A stretch of 63,921 bases of DNA, filler included, from Diploschistes diacapsis (Eukaryota), in assembly GCA_023645945.1 (NCBI GenBank). It is 17 parts of 17 records of this genome, joined end to end, with 100 filler letters (N's around TTAATTAATTAA, not from the genome) between each part and the next. Parts side by side here need not be neighbours in the genome. Positions count along the whole stretch, not along the records: positions 1 to 20,931 come from JALAIB010000322.1; 16 more parts are not named here. The stretch is one strand, 5' to 3'. Made by a program: the position numbers and the translations under genes. The stretch's first letter is position 1. Every line of letters begins with the position of its first letter. This document shows, in pieces, positions 1 to 11,896 of the stretch. The notes under the pieces are model-generated. The model was not told the origin of the DNA, did not search any database, and saw only the letters and a list, made by a program, of their open reading frames with translations.

Positions 1-3000
1 GCGCCAGAGGGAGAGGGTCCTTGTGAGGAGGGAGGATTGGTGGGGAGTGTATGGTGGTGGTGGTGGTGGTGGTTGTGGCGAGGAAGTCGAGGGTGTTGAG
101 GTGGGAGAGGAGAGGTGGTGGCCGTTGGTGGTTGGTTCGGCGGGCGGTGAGATGGGCGAGTTATTTGGCTCGGCGTCGGGGGTGGCGGAGAGGGTAGGGC
201 TCGCGGGCGCAAGACGCGCAAGGGAGGCCCGCGTGCCCTCGACTTCCTTGATGCGCTGGCGGCGACGGTTGGCGGAGATGTAGTCATGAATGAGAGAGAT
301 GCCGCGCGGGGACCAGTGCGAGAGGTCTTCCTCGCCTTTGATGTACTGGTGTCGGGAATCTAGGCGCCAGAGGTCTCCGGCGCGCTTGGAAGTGGAAGGA
401 GTGAGGGTTATGGAGAAGATGGACGACGTGGAATGCACGATCCGCGTGCCGCGCCAGAGCTGCTTGAACATTGTCTGCGGCCGGATCCAGGCCCGCGGCT
501 TGATCTGCATGGTTTGAGGAAGTTGGAAGTTGAGGAGGGTGTTGGTGCGTTTGGAGGAGGCGTCGCAGGTTAGGGTCATCTTCACGCTGTATCTGTCTGC
601 TGTGGGTCGATCGAGGAGAATGGACTCGTGCAGGCTTGAGTCCCATTGCGCAGTGGCAATCATTTGTGTCGTGCCGCCCGGCTCCTCTCGGATGATGGGT
701 GCTTGGAGAAATTTGAGGGGGATGTCGGGTGTTCCCGAGGCTATGTCTGGCGATTTGCCGAGAGGATCGATGAGCTTGACGTTGCCGATCCGCAGGGCGG
801 CAACGTCTTCCCATTCTAGTGACTCGCTTGAGGTGTGCGTCATATGGATCTTGATGCGTCTTTGCAAGCCTTGGTGAAGCTGATGCACCCCTTCGTGGAG
901 ATCGCTGCTCTGTTCGACCTCGACTGGCTCGTAGTCTCCATTCTCAGACATCTCCATAATCTGCACTCTTGCGAATACGTCGTGCTGCTCGTCCGAGTAG
1001 AATTCACTTTCCGGCAGGCGAGATCTCTGAGGCCTCTTCTTTCGCGTCCGCGGGGGTTGCTCAGATAGTTCGCGCACCTCATCCCAGCTGAGCAACTTGT
1101 CCAAATGCATTGTAGAGACTCGAGCGTACACGGCTATCTGGATAGACGAGTTGATAGGGCTGTCTTGCGGCACGCTCATGCTATGGACGCTTTCGAATCG
1201 TATGGGGCCTTCGTCGAAGCCCCTGATCATTTGCGTCGTCGTGACGCCCCCTTCTTCACTAATGCCGGGCACAAACAACTGAGCATGTACGTCCGTACCC
1301 TCACGCTCTGCAAAGCCGACCATATCGTGCATAACGATGTTAAACTTCAACGTCGAGGGGGGGGCTTCCGCCATGGAAGGCTCGAGAGACAGCTTCACGA
1401 GCCCAACCATCTGTCGCGTATAAGGTGAGACAACATCTACTGCATAATCCTGCACACGCGCTTCGAATACTGCGGTCAAAGGGATGTGGGCGTCTCCAAT
1501 CAAAGAGAAATGCGGGATTACTTGCTCGATAAACGGGTTTTCGAGCCTGAAATGCTCCATGTAGCCCGGCCTGTCATGGTACTGATCCATCTGTCTCATC
1601 GCGTGCACCCGTGTTTCCAACTTTTTGATTGACCAAAGATGAATGATATGGTGGTTGAAGTCTGCTACTCTCACAGCAACACAGGGTTTAATGGCCGCAT
1701 AGAGAGCTTCATCATTCATCTCTTCTCCTGCGATGCCGCTTAATACCATATCATACGAAGAACTCGTTACTTGTCCCTGCTCAACGACAGCGAACTGGAA
1801 ATTGACCCCTTTGTCCATTTGCTGGCTCATGACTTGGGCTTCTTTCAGCAGGGCCGCGTTCTTCAGCATTATCTCCGCCATTGCTAAATTCTTGAGCTGC
1901 CTCCATCGTTCCACAGCATATGCGGCACGTTGCTTCTCCACTGAGGTCAACAGCCTGTAGCCATTCCGGAAAAATCTTTTCTGCTCTGCTTCAAACATCT
2001 TCTGGAGTTGAACTTCAAACTCTTCTTTCTGTTTCTTTAGCTGCGACTGGAAGCTGTCTTTGACTGCCTGGAGATCTTCCTCCATACGCTGTTTTTCTGC
2101 CCTCAAGTCCTCGAAATCATGGTTCGACGCCTCAGCACTCCTCAACTGCTCCTGATAATCTTCTTTCTGCTTGTCAAGCTGGGCTTGCATCTCGTCTCGC
2201 ACTTGCTTCAGCTGCTCGTCTCTGCTTTGCGTATGATCGTCGCTCTCGACCTGTGGCGTGCTCGGAATAGTCAAGGCGGTATCGAGCGAGAAATTATCGA
2301 TTGTGCCATTGGACATGTACTTCTCCCGTGCGGCGTACGAGCTCACTGATTCCGACTCATCGTCATCAGGCCCTAAGAGCCTCGACTCTGCCCGGCCCCT
2401 TCTCAGATCACGGGCTCGCTGCACATCATCGAACAGGGAGTCTAGCTCCTCGTCTGTGAGATGATTGATTTTTTGATCAAATCCCAAGATAGCTACTGCA
2501 GCTTCACGTCGAGCGAGTGACCAATCGGATTCTCTACCTGTAGCGGATGGAAGGGGTGATTCGGACCTGCTAACGTCACCTTCAATGTCGGAGCCTGCCT
2601 TGCTGGCGGACCTCTCATGTGATGGTCTTTCTGATGGTGACCCCAGTTGGCTCACCGTTACGGAATGCCTCAAAAGGCTTTGACCTTGCTCGGCTCGCTC
2701 GGCTTTGGCCTCTTGAGGATGGTTGAAGCGAAATATTTGGAAGTCTCCGAGAATAAGGCGGTTTCCACTTTTCAGGCGCTGCGGCTTATCGATGCGCAAA
2801 CCATTGACCATCACAGCAGCACCTTCTGACGGAGTAACGGTGACCGTCCCATCCACATTTTCAAAAGTGCAGTGCTCGCGCATTATCTTGGAGCCATTGA
2901 GCTTAATCTCGCAACTTGGATTGTCATTCTCCGTGTTGCCAACGATCGTAATTCCCGGTTTCAGATTGTAGATTAGGCATTCGGCCAGAAGAGGGTCGTC

Positions 3001-4473
3001 GCTCAGGTTGACAAGATGAGGCATCTTTTTGGGCGTGGAAAGGCCAACAAACCCTTTGGCGATACTTATGCCAAGCTCTTCCAATGCAGCTTCTCTCTCT
3101 TTCTGAATCTGTTCCGTCTTCTGCAGCTTCTCTTCCCAAGTCTGGTTGAGATCCGTGTAGAGCTTCTCCGATTGGCTCAGCTGCTCAGCGATCTCGGCTT
3201 TAGATACCCGCTTTGTTGATCCATCGGCTTGTACGATAGAGACGAATTGTTGCTCGAGCGGCGTTCCTTCGGCGTACTGGTCCTCCGCTGACGCTCCAAT
3301 ACCTCCACCACCAGATCCCAACTTGGCCCTCAGCTGCGCAAGCTCTTCCTTCAACTCTCTAATCATACGAGCGTTCGGGTCTTCATTGACAACAGCATGA
3401 TTCTTGATGCGCTTAGCCGAATCAGCGTAACGCAAGGTACTCAACGTCTCCTCAAAATTGATATCTGCAGGAGAAATCGCAGCAATCATCGCAGTCATGC
3501 TGTTGCCCCCTAACGAGTCCTTCAACAACCAGGTGAGAACGGAGTCACGATAGGGGACCATAGATGCTGCCTTCTTCTTGCCCGACGAGAGATCTGCCAG
3601 TGCCGCTATGACACGACCAAGCGTTGAAAGTGATCGATTGATTTCAGCGCCCTCCTTCAGCCGGGCTCCAGTAGCTCCAGTAGAATTCGCTCTTTCGGAA
3701 CCGGCCAGGTCCACCAAACTGATTTTCGCAACCTTTTCGGTATCCATAGACGTCTCCACATCGTGCCTCTTCTGGGTCAGAGTCAAGGTAAAGACCGCGT
3801 GTGATCGACTGGAGGTTTCATTCATGTTCGTCGCGGCCACCGTCCTTGCCTTGTTGCCTTCGTCCATAAGGTTCTCGATCTCCTTGAATGATCTAACGAC
3901 AAGCTTCGCCAGGTCTTCGACGTAGGGTCCAGTAGAAGGATGTTCCCGGACCTTGAGATTCCCCTTCGTGGCAGGGTTCAGGAGGTCTCGCACCCGCTCA
4001 TTGTAGATTTCCAAATACGACACCTCCACCGTGCATTTCAGATTCTTGTCCTGCTGGATGTCGCCTATGCGCTCGAACATGTTCTGACAAATTCTGGGAA
4101 TCACCCCGTATTCCCCGCCATACCCCATCATACTGTACGACTTCCCCGACCCTGTCTGACCGTAGGCAAAGATACAGTTGTTGTAGCCCTTGAAAGCATT
4201 GTCAAGCAACGGGGTGCCGAGATCGGTGAACAGATTGTCCTGCCCAGCAAAATGCGAGTCCGCACGATTGAAAGACCAGTAGCTCTTGTCGAATGCAAAG
4301 ATCTTTTGGCCATGATCGGCTGCACCGCTCTTTCCTTTAGCCGATGCTTCATTTGGGGGGGTGAGAATGGTCTGGCTGTCTTTCATCGATACAATGCATT
4401 GCGCGTTTCGATCCTTCTCGCGGTTGTTGAAAGGGCGCACCCTAACAACAACCTTGATGTTTCCGGCTGACAT
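1..4473 (-). CDS. uncA: Kinesin-3 family motor (Unc104/KIF1A/UncA-like), 3'-partial
   Basis: ATG at 4473 reads MSAGNIKVVVRVRPFN. Motor motifs: P-loop IFAYGQTGSGKSYSMMG (~4130-4180), switch I NETSSRSHAVF (~3800) and switch II LVDLAGSER (~3700). An FHA-like segment (IRLNGSKI...VMVNGLRI...RLILGDFQIFRFNHP) lies at ~2720-2960, followed by coiled coils. The frame appears open to base 1, which explains its absence from the ORF track. Confidence 0.95.
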   Translation of the reverse strand, partial: MSAGNIKVVVRVRPFNNREKDRNAQCIVSMKDSQTILTPPNEASAKGKSGAADHGQKIFAFDKSYWSFNRADSHFAGQDNLFTDLGTPLLDNAFKGYNNCIFAYGQTGSGKSYSMMGYGGEYGVIPRICQNMFERIGDIQQDKNLKCTVEVSYLEIYNERVRDLLNPATKGNLKVREHPSTGPYVEDLAKLVVRSFKEIENLMDEGNKARTVAATNMNETSSRSHAVFTLTLTQKRHDVETSMDTEKVAKISLVDLAGSERANSTGATGARLKEGAEINRSLSTLGRVIAALADLSSGKKKAASMVPYRDSVLTWLLKDSLGGNSMTAMIAAISPADINFEETLSTLRYADSAKRIKNHAVVNEDPNARMIRELKEELAQLRAKLGSGGGGIGASAEDQYAEGTPLEQQFVSIVQADGSTKRVSKAEIAEQLSQSEKLYTDLNQTWEEKLQKTEQIQKEREAALEELGISIAKGFVGLSTPKKMPHLVNLSDDPLLAECLIYNLKPGITIVGNTENDNPSCEIKLNGSKIMREHCTFENVDGTVTVTPSEGAAVMVNGLRIDKPQRLKSGNRLILGDFQIFRFNHPQEAKAERAEQGQSLLRHSVTVSQLGSPSERPSHERSASKAGSDIEGDVSRSESPLPSATGRESDWSLARREAAVAILGFDQKINHLTDEELDSLFDDVQRARDLRRGRAESRLLGPDDDESESVSSYAAREKYMSNGTIDNFSLDTALTIPSTPQVESDDHTQSRDEQLKQVRDEMQAQLDKQKEDYQEQLRSAEASNHDFEDLRAEKQRMEEDLQAVKDSFQSQLKKQKEEFEVQLQKMFEAEQKRFFRNGYRLLTSVEKQRAAYAVERWRQLKNLAMAEIMLKNAALLKEAQVMSQQMDKGVNFQFAVVEQGQVTSSSYDMVLSGIAGEEMNDEALYAAIKPCVAVRVADFNHHIIHLWSIKKLETRVHAMRQMDQYHDRPGYMEHFRLENPFIEQVIPHFSLIGDAHIPLTAVFEARVQDYAVDVVSPYTRQMVGLVKLSLEPSMAEAPPSTLKFNIVMHDMVGFAEREGTDVHAQLFVPGISEEGGVTTTQMIRGFDEGPIRFESVHSMSVPQDSPINSSIQIAVYARVSTMHLDKLLSWDEVRELSEQPPRTRKKRPQRSRLPESEFYSDEQHDVFARVQIMEMSENGDYEPVEVEQSSDLHEGVHQLHQGLQRRIKIHMTHTSSESLEWEDVAALRIGNVKLIDPLGKSPDIASGTPDIPLKFLQAPIIREEPGGTTQMIATAQWDSSLHESILLDRPTADRYSVKMTLTCDASSKRTNTLLNFQLPQTMQIKPRAWIRPQTMFKQLWRGTRIVHSTSSIFSITLTPSTSKRAGDLWRLDSRHQYIKGEEDLSHWSPRGISLIHDYISANRRRQRIKEVEGTRASLARLAPASPTLSATPDAEPNNSPISPPAEPTTNGHHLSSPTSTPSTSSPQPPPPPPPYTPHQSSLLTRTLSLWR

Positions 4474-7400
4474 CTTCGCTGGGAAAAATAATGTGTGCCG
4501 AGGAAATGCGATTATCGTCGAATTAACATGGTTGCAATCTTCGCGTCTGAACGCCAAAGAAAAGCTTGTCTTCGCAAAGAAAGCAAAGCTTGCAAAGCGA
4601 CGAGCGATGGCAGGGTGAAGCGTGGAGTTTTAGACGTTAACAGCTGTTGCGTCGTTTGGGGATTTAATTCAGGATTCAGGAACGGCCGCCGCTGAAACCC
4701 CTGTCGGTTTTGGTCATTCCCGGCCATGCTAAAGCTGAGTCAAGCTAGACCAAACCGGTTCCCCCAAACAAGGCAAGTAGGTAGCGCTTAGACAGGGGGA
4801 AATCATGTTCACTAATAATGGTTTTCTTCACAATTACCATGGCTCCCAGTGATCAACTTCTATTATTGCATGAACCTTTTAGTTTGATATGGATACTACT
4901 GATGGCACAGGGTAATCTAGTTTTACGCTAACCCTGCTGTTCAAATCTCTTGCTTGATCTTATTTAGTCCACCCCTTATCAGCATTCCATGCTCAAAGAA
5001 TCTTCCGCTGTAGATCTATTACCGGTAGATACTTCTCCTTCGATTCGACGTGGTTATCTCCGCGGAAAGCCTCCTCTGTTTCTATCACATATAGCGGTGT
5101 TTACTTTGCAAAAACTCTGGGAGAACTTTGAGACTGTGTCCATCCTCATCTTTCCTATAGCCAACGACTTTGGTGCTTCCATTTAGCCCTGCTAGTCTCA
5201 ACGCGTCTGCATGGAAACCTTAATTGCGAGTCCACGAAAGCATTCCTCGGCACATCCACCATTAGAGCGCCTGTGGAGCTAAACCTGAAGCCGAAACTTG
5301 GACTTGAATAAACTTTCCCACTCTTCATGAGGCCGAGGAGCTTGATATAAGGCGAGTACGATGACATTGATAGGAGCCCTCTAGGGCCTTCAGATCTCTG
5401 CCCAAGACACAAACAGCCTGCAAGGTTCGTTCTTTCCCATCTTACGGAACAGGATAGTTGGAAATCTGCTCAGATACACAGATGAATTAAACTGTGTCGT
5501 TCTTAGTTCAGTGCTTGGGTGCTGAATCAAATAGATTTTGTGCTCGAGAGGAGCCAGGAACACGTGGACTGGTATAGTCGTGTGATCTAAAGTCTAGAGT
5601 GCCTCCAAAAAGAATGCATCTCTAGGTAAAAGGTTTGCACAAGCCATCTTGGAGTAGCAGTCGGAGTAGCGTGTCTCCAAGGTGGAAATCCCGCACAAGA
5701 TCGTCTCGGAAACAGTACTTATTGCGTTTCCACGAGAATGTTGGCTCGAGGGCAGTGATAGCATTTCTACCGTTCCAAATGGTCGCAGTACGATAGGCCA
5801 AGCGGCATTTCGACCCAAGGATAAGCCAGTTACTAACGTCCTCGGGGATCTGCGCGCTAGAGCTCACCAAGTCAATGTAGCAAATTTTTCTACGCAAAGG
5901 TAAGCCAGCTCGAATAGACATAACGTTAAGATGAAGTGTTAGTTTCAGATACATAGAACATGCCATGGCTGCAAAGCAGAGGCCAGTCAACTCCTGAGCG
6001 CGAACAGCATCCCAGTACTAGCGCTTCTAAGTAATATGAGAACACACATATGTAGCCATCTATGACGGGCTGAAGTTAAGAGAACCGATAATAACAGAAG
6101 ATGCCCGTAGTTAGCAGCTTGATTCCATTGGGAATCGATGGTACACATCTCCAGTATTTGGCAAAACAGGCTAACGGTTTGCGACAGGATCCTTGAACGA
6201 TGCTGCAGAATCGTACATTGGTGCATAAAGAGTAAATTGCCAGTTACTTAAGGTTTCGATCGTGATTGACTTTTCTTTCAAATGTAGGATAGAGTTAGTA
6301 CTCCCTAGGGCCCGAAGGGTCGGGTCAGCCATTTCATACAACGATTGGGAGACTGCGGAAGCGGATCAGACAACCTAACGCGTGTAACTCCCTGATATCC
6401 GAACCAACGCATGGTTTACAGAATGCTCGGGGGAAACATGAGTGTATGTCGTATGTGCTGCAAACTGTAACTGGTGTGGGAAGTCGATTGATCCTTGGGG
6501 TTTCCGGAAGGATGGCTGGATGTATGAAGAACCGTTCGCATTGCACATCAGATCTCAAATGCACTATGTACTAATCGAGATCTCCATGGGTTACCTATCC
6601 GCCCAACTATGGAGGGCCTATCGGTAGTTGTAGCCGTACTCCATACCTGGGTCCATAGACATGCATTGAAAAACAATAGCCAAAGTAATTTTTTTCTCTC
6701 GTATACTTGAGTATCAACGTAGCAGCAGGCAAAAGAAACCACAGGGCTGACAAGATAAGGGTGTGCCGCTCTTAGGATGCCTTTCACCACCGCGGATTTG
6801 GAGGGGAAGACGGTGATATTCTGCCCAAAGCGGGTACTATTAGCAGCGGCTTCACCCTCTAGTTTCGTCGCTATGAATCCCCAAAGAGCGGACACGCTAC
6901 GAGTAGTGGAATGCTTAATTCAACGACGTTGTGACACAAGCCTCGCTCCGGGGCGACTATCACACGCTATACTAGAGCAATTGACCTGTGATCTGGGGGG
7001 AGGTGCCTGACTAGGACCCAAAGGCACCAAGAACCACATGCGGAGAATTAGGGACAAGGTAATTCATTCGATGCACACTTGCCACGATTTTACTTTCGCA
7101 ATGGCCGAGGAGAACCTCTAGCGTCGATGGCCAAGCAGGAAAGAGGTCGATTTCCGATTTCCGTGTCTCTGCACTGAGCAGAAGGGACCCTTCGCACAAA
7201 GTAGACAATGCAAAATGCATCCCAGAAATCCACGGAGGACTCGGCGAGAATGAGGTGACGAGCACGGAGAAAGGGGGTACGATCGTAGAACTTGTTTGCG
7301 GTGTGCAGTCTGGGTCCCCACATGACCACCCATTTAATACATCCATGAAATGCACGGCGACATCATGAACGATTTGCTCCAGCCGAAGCGTCGACCGCTC

Positions 7401-7584
7401 TTTTGCATGTAGCAATACCCTTCCCCAGTTCTCTGTGGCCACAGACTCTGCAGCATCATACGGGTAGAGAGGAAACTTTTATGGGAAAACTCAAGCTCAC
7501 GGTGAAATACTTGCGCGCACATAAATGCTGGACTGAACTAGACCTATCCAATTGGAAGTTACTAAGCTTGGTGCGGTATTGAAG

Positions 7585-7768
7585 TTGGAATTGGAATTGG
7601 AATTGGAATTGGAATTGGAATTGGAATTGGAATTGGAATTGGAATTGGAATTGGAATTGGTATTGGTATTGGTATTGGTATTGGAATTGGTATTGGTATT
7701 GGTATTGGTACTGGTACTGGTACTGGTACTGGTTGGTACTGGTATTGGTATTGGTATTGGTATTGGTA
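7585..7768. repeat. Compound hexanucleotide microsatellite (TTGGAA)n/(TTGGTA)n/(CTGGTA)n
   Basis: Read directly: 12x TTGGAA, 4x TTGGTA, TTGGAA, 4x TTGGTA, 3x CTGGTA, CTGG, TTGGTA, CTGGTA, 4x TTGGTA. Confidence 0.97.
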
Positions 7769-10029
7769 ATTTATTCATGATTTACAGCCGGAGGTAAATT
7801 AACCACAAACAGGGATGAATTCGCCCCCTCTTGGCGCCCCGCTGGACCCCGGTATAATGTCAGCATGGAGTATTGCATCTTGTCGAGCTTCGAAAGCCCT
7901 TCCTTATTCGCCAATGCACAACTAAATTAAGAATTGCGAATAATAATATGGTAATGTTGATGATAACAGTTTCCGCGGTAATTTTGTGAACCGAGACAAC
8001 TGATCTTCTGTCTTCCACACATATAGGCAATCATAAAAGCACGCTGCAGGTCTCGAGCGTCGTCCCAATGATATCTTAAGCAAAGTGTTCTTGCCTGAGG
8101 CAGAGACAGTACGCAAAAAAGTCACGTAGATCACCATTGACCAGCGCTTCCCCCGACCAGTGGACACTGATGCATGGTCGACCCCAGTATAATCCTTCAG
8201 CATCGACGTGGTTGGTCTGGTCCGGTCTGGTCTGGGCGGAAAATAACACGGGCGTGTCTCTGCAACTTCCCCATTCGTAAGTCAACGTGACCTCCGCGCC
8301 AGCCACTCAGCAATTCGAGAGGCGCTGGGCACGCTCCACAATATTCATCTTGTACCCGAGCCCCGGCCCCTTGCTATCAAATCAGGCCTACGGAAATTCC
8401 AGGACTGGCATAAGGAAAGGGAGAAGGGCGTTCGATATTATTGTCGAAATGAAATGATAGCAACGGAGCTGCGCAGTTCGCCGAGGTATCGCGAGCAATA
8501 ATAATGGCGTGGGTGGAGAGAGGAAACCCGCCCACCCATCAAAAACCCTCTCGCCCACCGCCTTTTTGACCTTCAACCCGAACTAGCAGGTCGATTGGGA
8601 AGTGTAAAAGCGGTGACCGTATTTATGTTGATGAATATTGCCACTCTGTCCTCAACGACAATCCTGCTGCTGCCAGTGGTTCGATGGTATAGATCTATCC
8701 TCTCCCATAAGCAGCCTTTGCACAATAAGTATCCCGCTTCTGCCAGGGTCGCTCGCTTTATGCATTGTGACATTCGACATGCCACCTTATACCTGCACGT
8801 CTATAGAATAATGCTTTGTTGCGATTTTTGGCTTCATTTCCTGGTACAGTGTCATTTTCAGTGTCCTTGGCAGCGATTCGGCGCAGCCTGACAGGGTTGT
8901 TGTAGGTTCGATTGCAATATTTGTGACAGAAAGTGCAGATCAATCACCTCGGCCAGGTTACGTACGTACATCGTAGCCCTTTGACAGCCCCATTCTCGAG
9001 CCTCATCCGTGCTGTTGATTGTCAGTGCATTACCTCGTACATTAGAGCGTCTAAGATCCACGAAGCGGCTCAGGCATGGTGGGGGACTGGCAGACTGGCA
9101 GATTCGTCGCACTAGCCAAGGCTTCTAGCGAAGACAGCTCGCATGCTGCTCGCTTCTTTACTAGTATCTACTAGTAGTAGTAGACCAAGCATCCATCCCA
9201 CTACTGCGCTTCTTGAAGTTCAATTTCCCAACGGCACTCCCCAACGCCCAGGGGAAGGCCTTTCCTCCCTAAGGGCAAGATGGGCTAGTTTGTCGTTCAT
9301 CCTGGGATTTCTAGCCCCTTTTCTGAACTTCAACCTGTCTTCATATTATTGCCGGCATTGTCGTCGATCCCAGTTCTTTCTTTTGCGCGCGTCTTGGTAG
9401 CAGTAGCCCAGATCTCAAACGCACAAGCGTATGTAGTACAAGATCTTCCGGATGCCCTTAGTCTTGCCCCCAACTTCACTCTACTCAATTTGGATGCTAT
9501 GCTGAGTCGAATAGGCTTAGCCTCGGGCCTCGAATTGCACAATGATCTGTCGTGACGTAGGCTAGAGATCCCTTGGTTTCCGTCCTGCACGAACCGAGCA
9601 TGAAGCCAGTGGGTTTATAGCTCGTGATATCGAACTCACTCTTCAATTAGTGAACAGAACTTTCTTTGAAGGCTAAAGGCCTTGCTGTGCTCAGCTCTTA
9701 ATCCACCTTGGCTCGCACAAGCTCTGCACCGTAGGAAATGTCAAAAACGCTGAGTCCAAATAGCGCATAAGAAAGAAAGTACAACTGGTAGCTCGCCCCC
9801 ACTTACTTCTTGTGGGAACAGAAACAAGAAGCTGGGATTAACAGTTGGATGTAGTTAGTAATGTAGCGTTGGTGCGCAAGGCGGCAAGGCTTACGGGATC
9901 TAAAGGAGCGGAGGCCTTAGATGGTCAGCGGTTGGAGCGGAATAGTCGGACTATCCTAGTGAGCGGGGACAGGACGCTCCGCTTCGACCCGGACAGTAAC
10001 GGCCTACCTTATTCCCTGCCCCTGTTTGG

Positions 10030-10265
10030 ACGATTAATAATCATGATCGGTTAACTAACGACTGATGGGGTGTTAATCATTAATCGATTAATATACAATT
10101 AACCGGCGATTAATCGGAACGACTATTTATACAATTTTTATACAGTTTTATTGCCAAAGTTTAAAAAAACTCTTGAAAACCCCCTTCCCCCACTTTTTCT
10201 CCTTTCTATTTACTAGGTTTTCGATAAATTAGTCATTGGGCCCGATTAATCGATTAACGAGCATG
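10030..10265. mobile_element. Possible degenerate MITE/hAT-like remnant with CGATTAATCG motifs
   Basis: Clustered CGATTAAT/ATTAATCG motifs flank an AT-rich core. Imperfect inverted ends: CATGATCGGTTAA (10042) and TTAACGAGCATG (ends 10265). No TSD found. Confidence 0.3.
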
Positions 10266-11896
10266 CAGCTGCTATATCGACTTGTCGTTGTTCTGTGCTC
10301 CTGGAAGGATATGATGGTAAACTCAACCCAGCGGTCTCTCTTGCATATCAAGTCTTTAGTAGGCCCATCATGCCACGCTGTATCGATTGATAAGGTGCGT
10401 ATAATAGTGCATGAAGCTTGGGATACCTGAGATTGCACTGTGTTTGGGAGAAAGCAATCTTGTCCAGCTTCATGTACATGTAGACCGCAGGCTCATGGCG
10501 GAGAATGCCGAGGAGAAAAGCAAATTGTAGCGTGTGAGTTAGGTAGTAGGAAGTCGGGTCCACATTACAAGGAGACTTGCGAACGTTGAGCTACTAGGAG
10601 TACCTCCTGGAACTCAGGAGACCTCAGAACTCGCTAAAGGATGCAGCGGTGGAACGGTTCAAGCTCACATTTCTGGATAAAAAACCGATGATCCTGGTCT
10701 TGCATAGTATTTCGGCGTGCTTGGCCCACTTGAGCCCTGGAGCCGTGCGCGCCGGCCGTGCCACTTTCTGACCTCCCATGCAGCTTCTCTGCCGATATCG
10801 CCAAGCACAACAATTACAATACATCGACGTAGTTGTAGTGTAGTGTATGCGTAGATCAATAAAGGGCCTTTTTGTTGTAGTAGTGTTATAGTGCAAAGTG
10901 TTCGATGTGCTGAGTGAGTGATGAACTTTGCCCCGGAAGCCACTGCCCACTACAGCTACAACTACAAAAAGAGTCGGTAACAAACCACTCGGTAAACTTC
11001 CGTAAGTTACACTAGGTCCGAGTATACTGGTTGGTAATTAACTCCCAGACAAAAACAATTTCGCCTGCTTTTCCTAGCCATTTGCCCACTTCGTCTGTCT
11101 TAAAAAACCACACACCTTTTTCTTCAACTAAACTGCTCCGAGCAAAGCTCTTCAAACTTCTTCACCCATCCCCATCTCAGGCTATCCCACTAGATCGTGC
11201 ACTAAAAAAGTGGCATTACAGCGTACAACAGCGCTGCGGGCCCTAACAGCTAACAGCGTCAAACCCAACCCCATCAATAACGCTAAACGTTTGCTCCGGC
11301 TAAATATTGGATCTTTGGACGCTGGACCCAGGACACAACAACACGGATATCCCAAATAATTCTCCTAGCAATACTCTCCAAAGGGAAGATATCACTGGAC
11401 ATTGGTAGCGTGGCATTTGGTTAAGTGAACGCTACATCACTAGAGGCCGCAATTTTGGACGCTCAAAGTGGCGCTACAAGCCTACTACAACGCACCGTCT
11501 CTGCGCTGCGTTGGCAAGAGAGCTCGAACCATAAAACAGTCGCTCCCTCGCCTCCCTTAGTGCAAAAGTCTGCTAGTGATACCACTCCTCATTTGGTTTT
11601 CGGTTTCAAACCGGTATGCTTCTAATCCGTGCCTTATCATCGCCCGCTAACGTCTAAGCTAGTCCCTCCTGCTTCAAAACATATTCATTTGGTCCTTATC
11701 CACACCCATAGCAAACATCATCTTCGCTGGAATTGTTTCTGCCCATATTGACGCGTTTGCGATTGCGAAACTGCCTTTACCAAGGTCACTGAGTGAGTAC
11801 AGAAGACAAGCTGCCTTGGAGCTCCTTTGATCGAACGATTTACTGACGCGCCGCGCCCTTAGTCTCCCGTCGTCCCAAAGCCGTCGCGGCCGATTG

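Noticed and set aside
23..4470. Numerous plus-strand ORFs over the kinesin
   Set aside because: They are antisense shadows of the long minus-strand kinesin frame.
7497..7797. ORFs with poly-(EL)/(VL) or (NS)/(NT) repeats
   Set aside because: These are translations of the hexamer microsatellite, with no other coding evidence.
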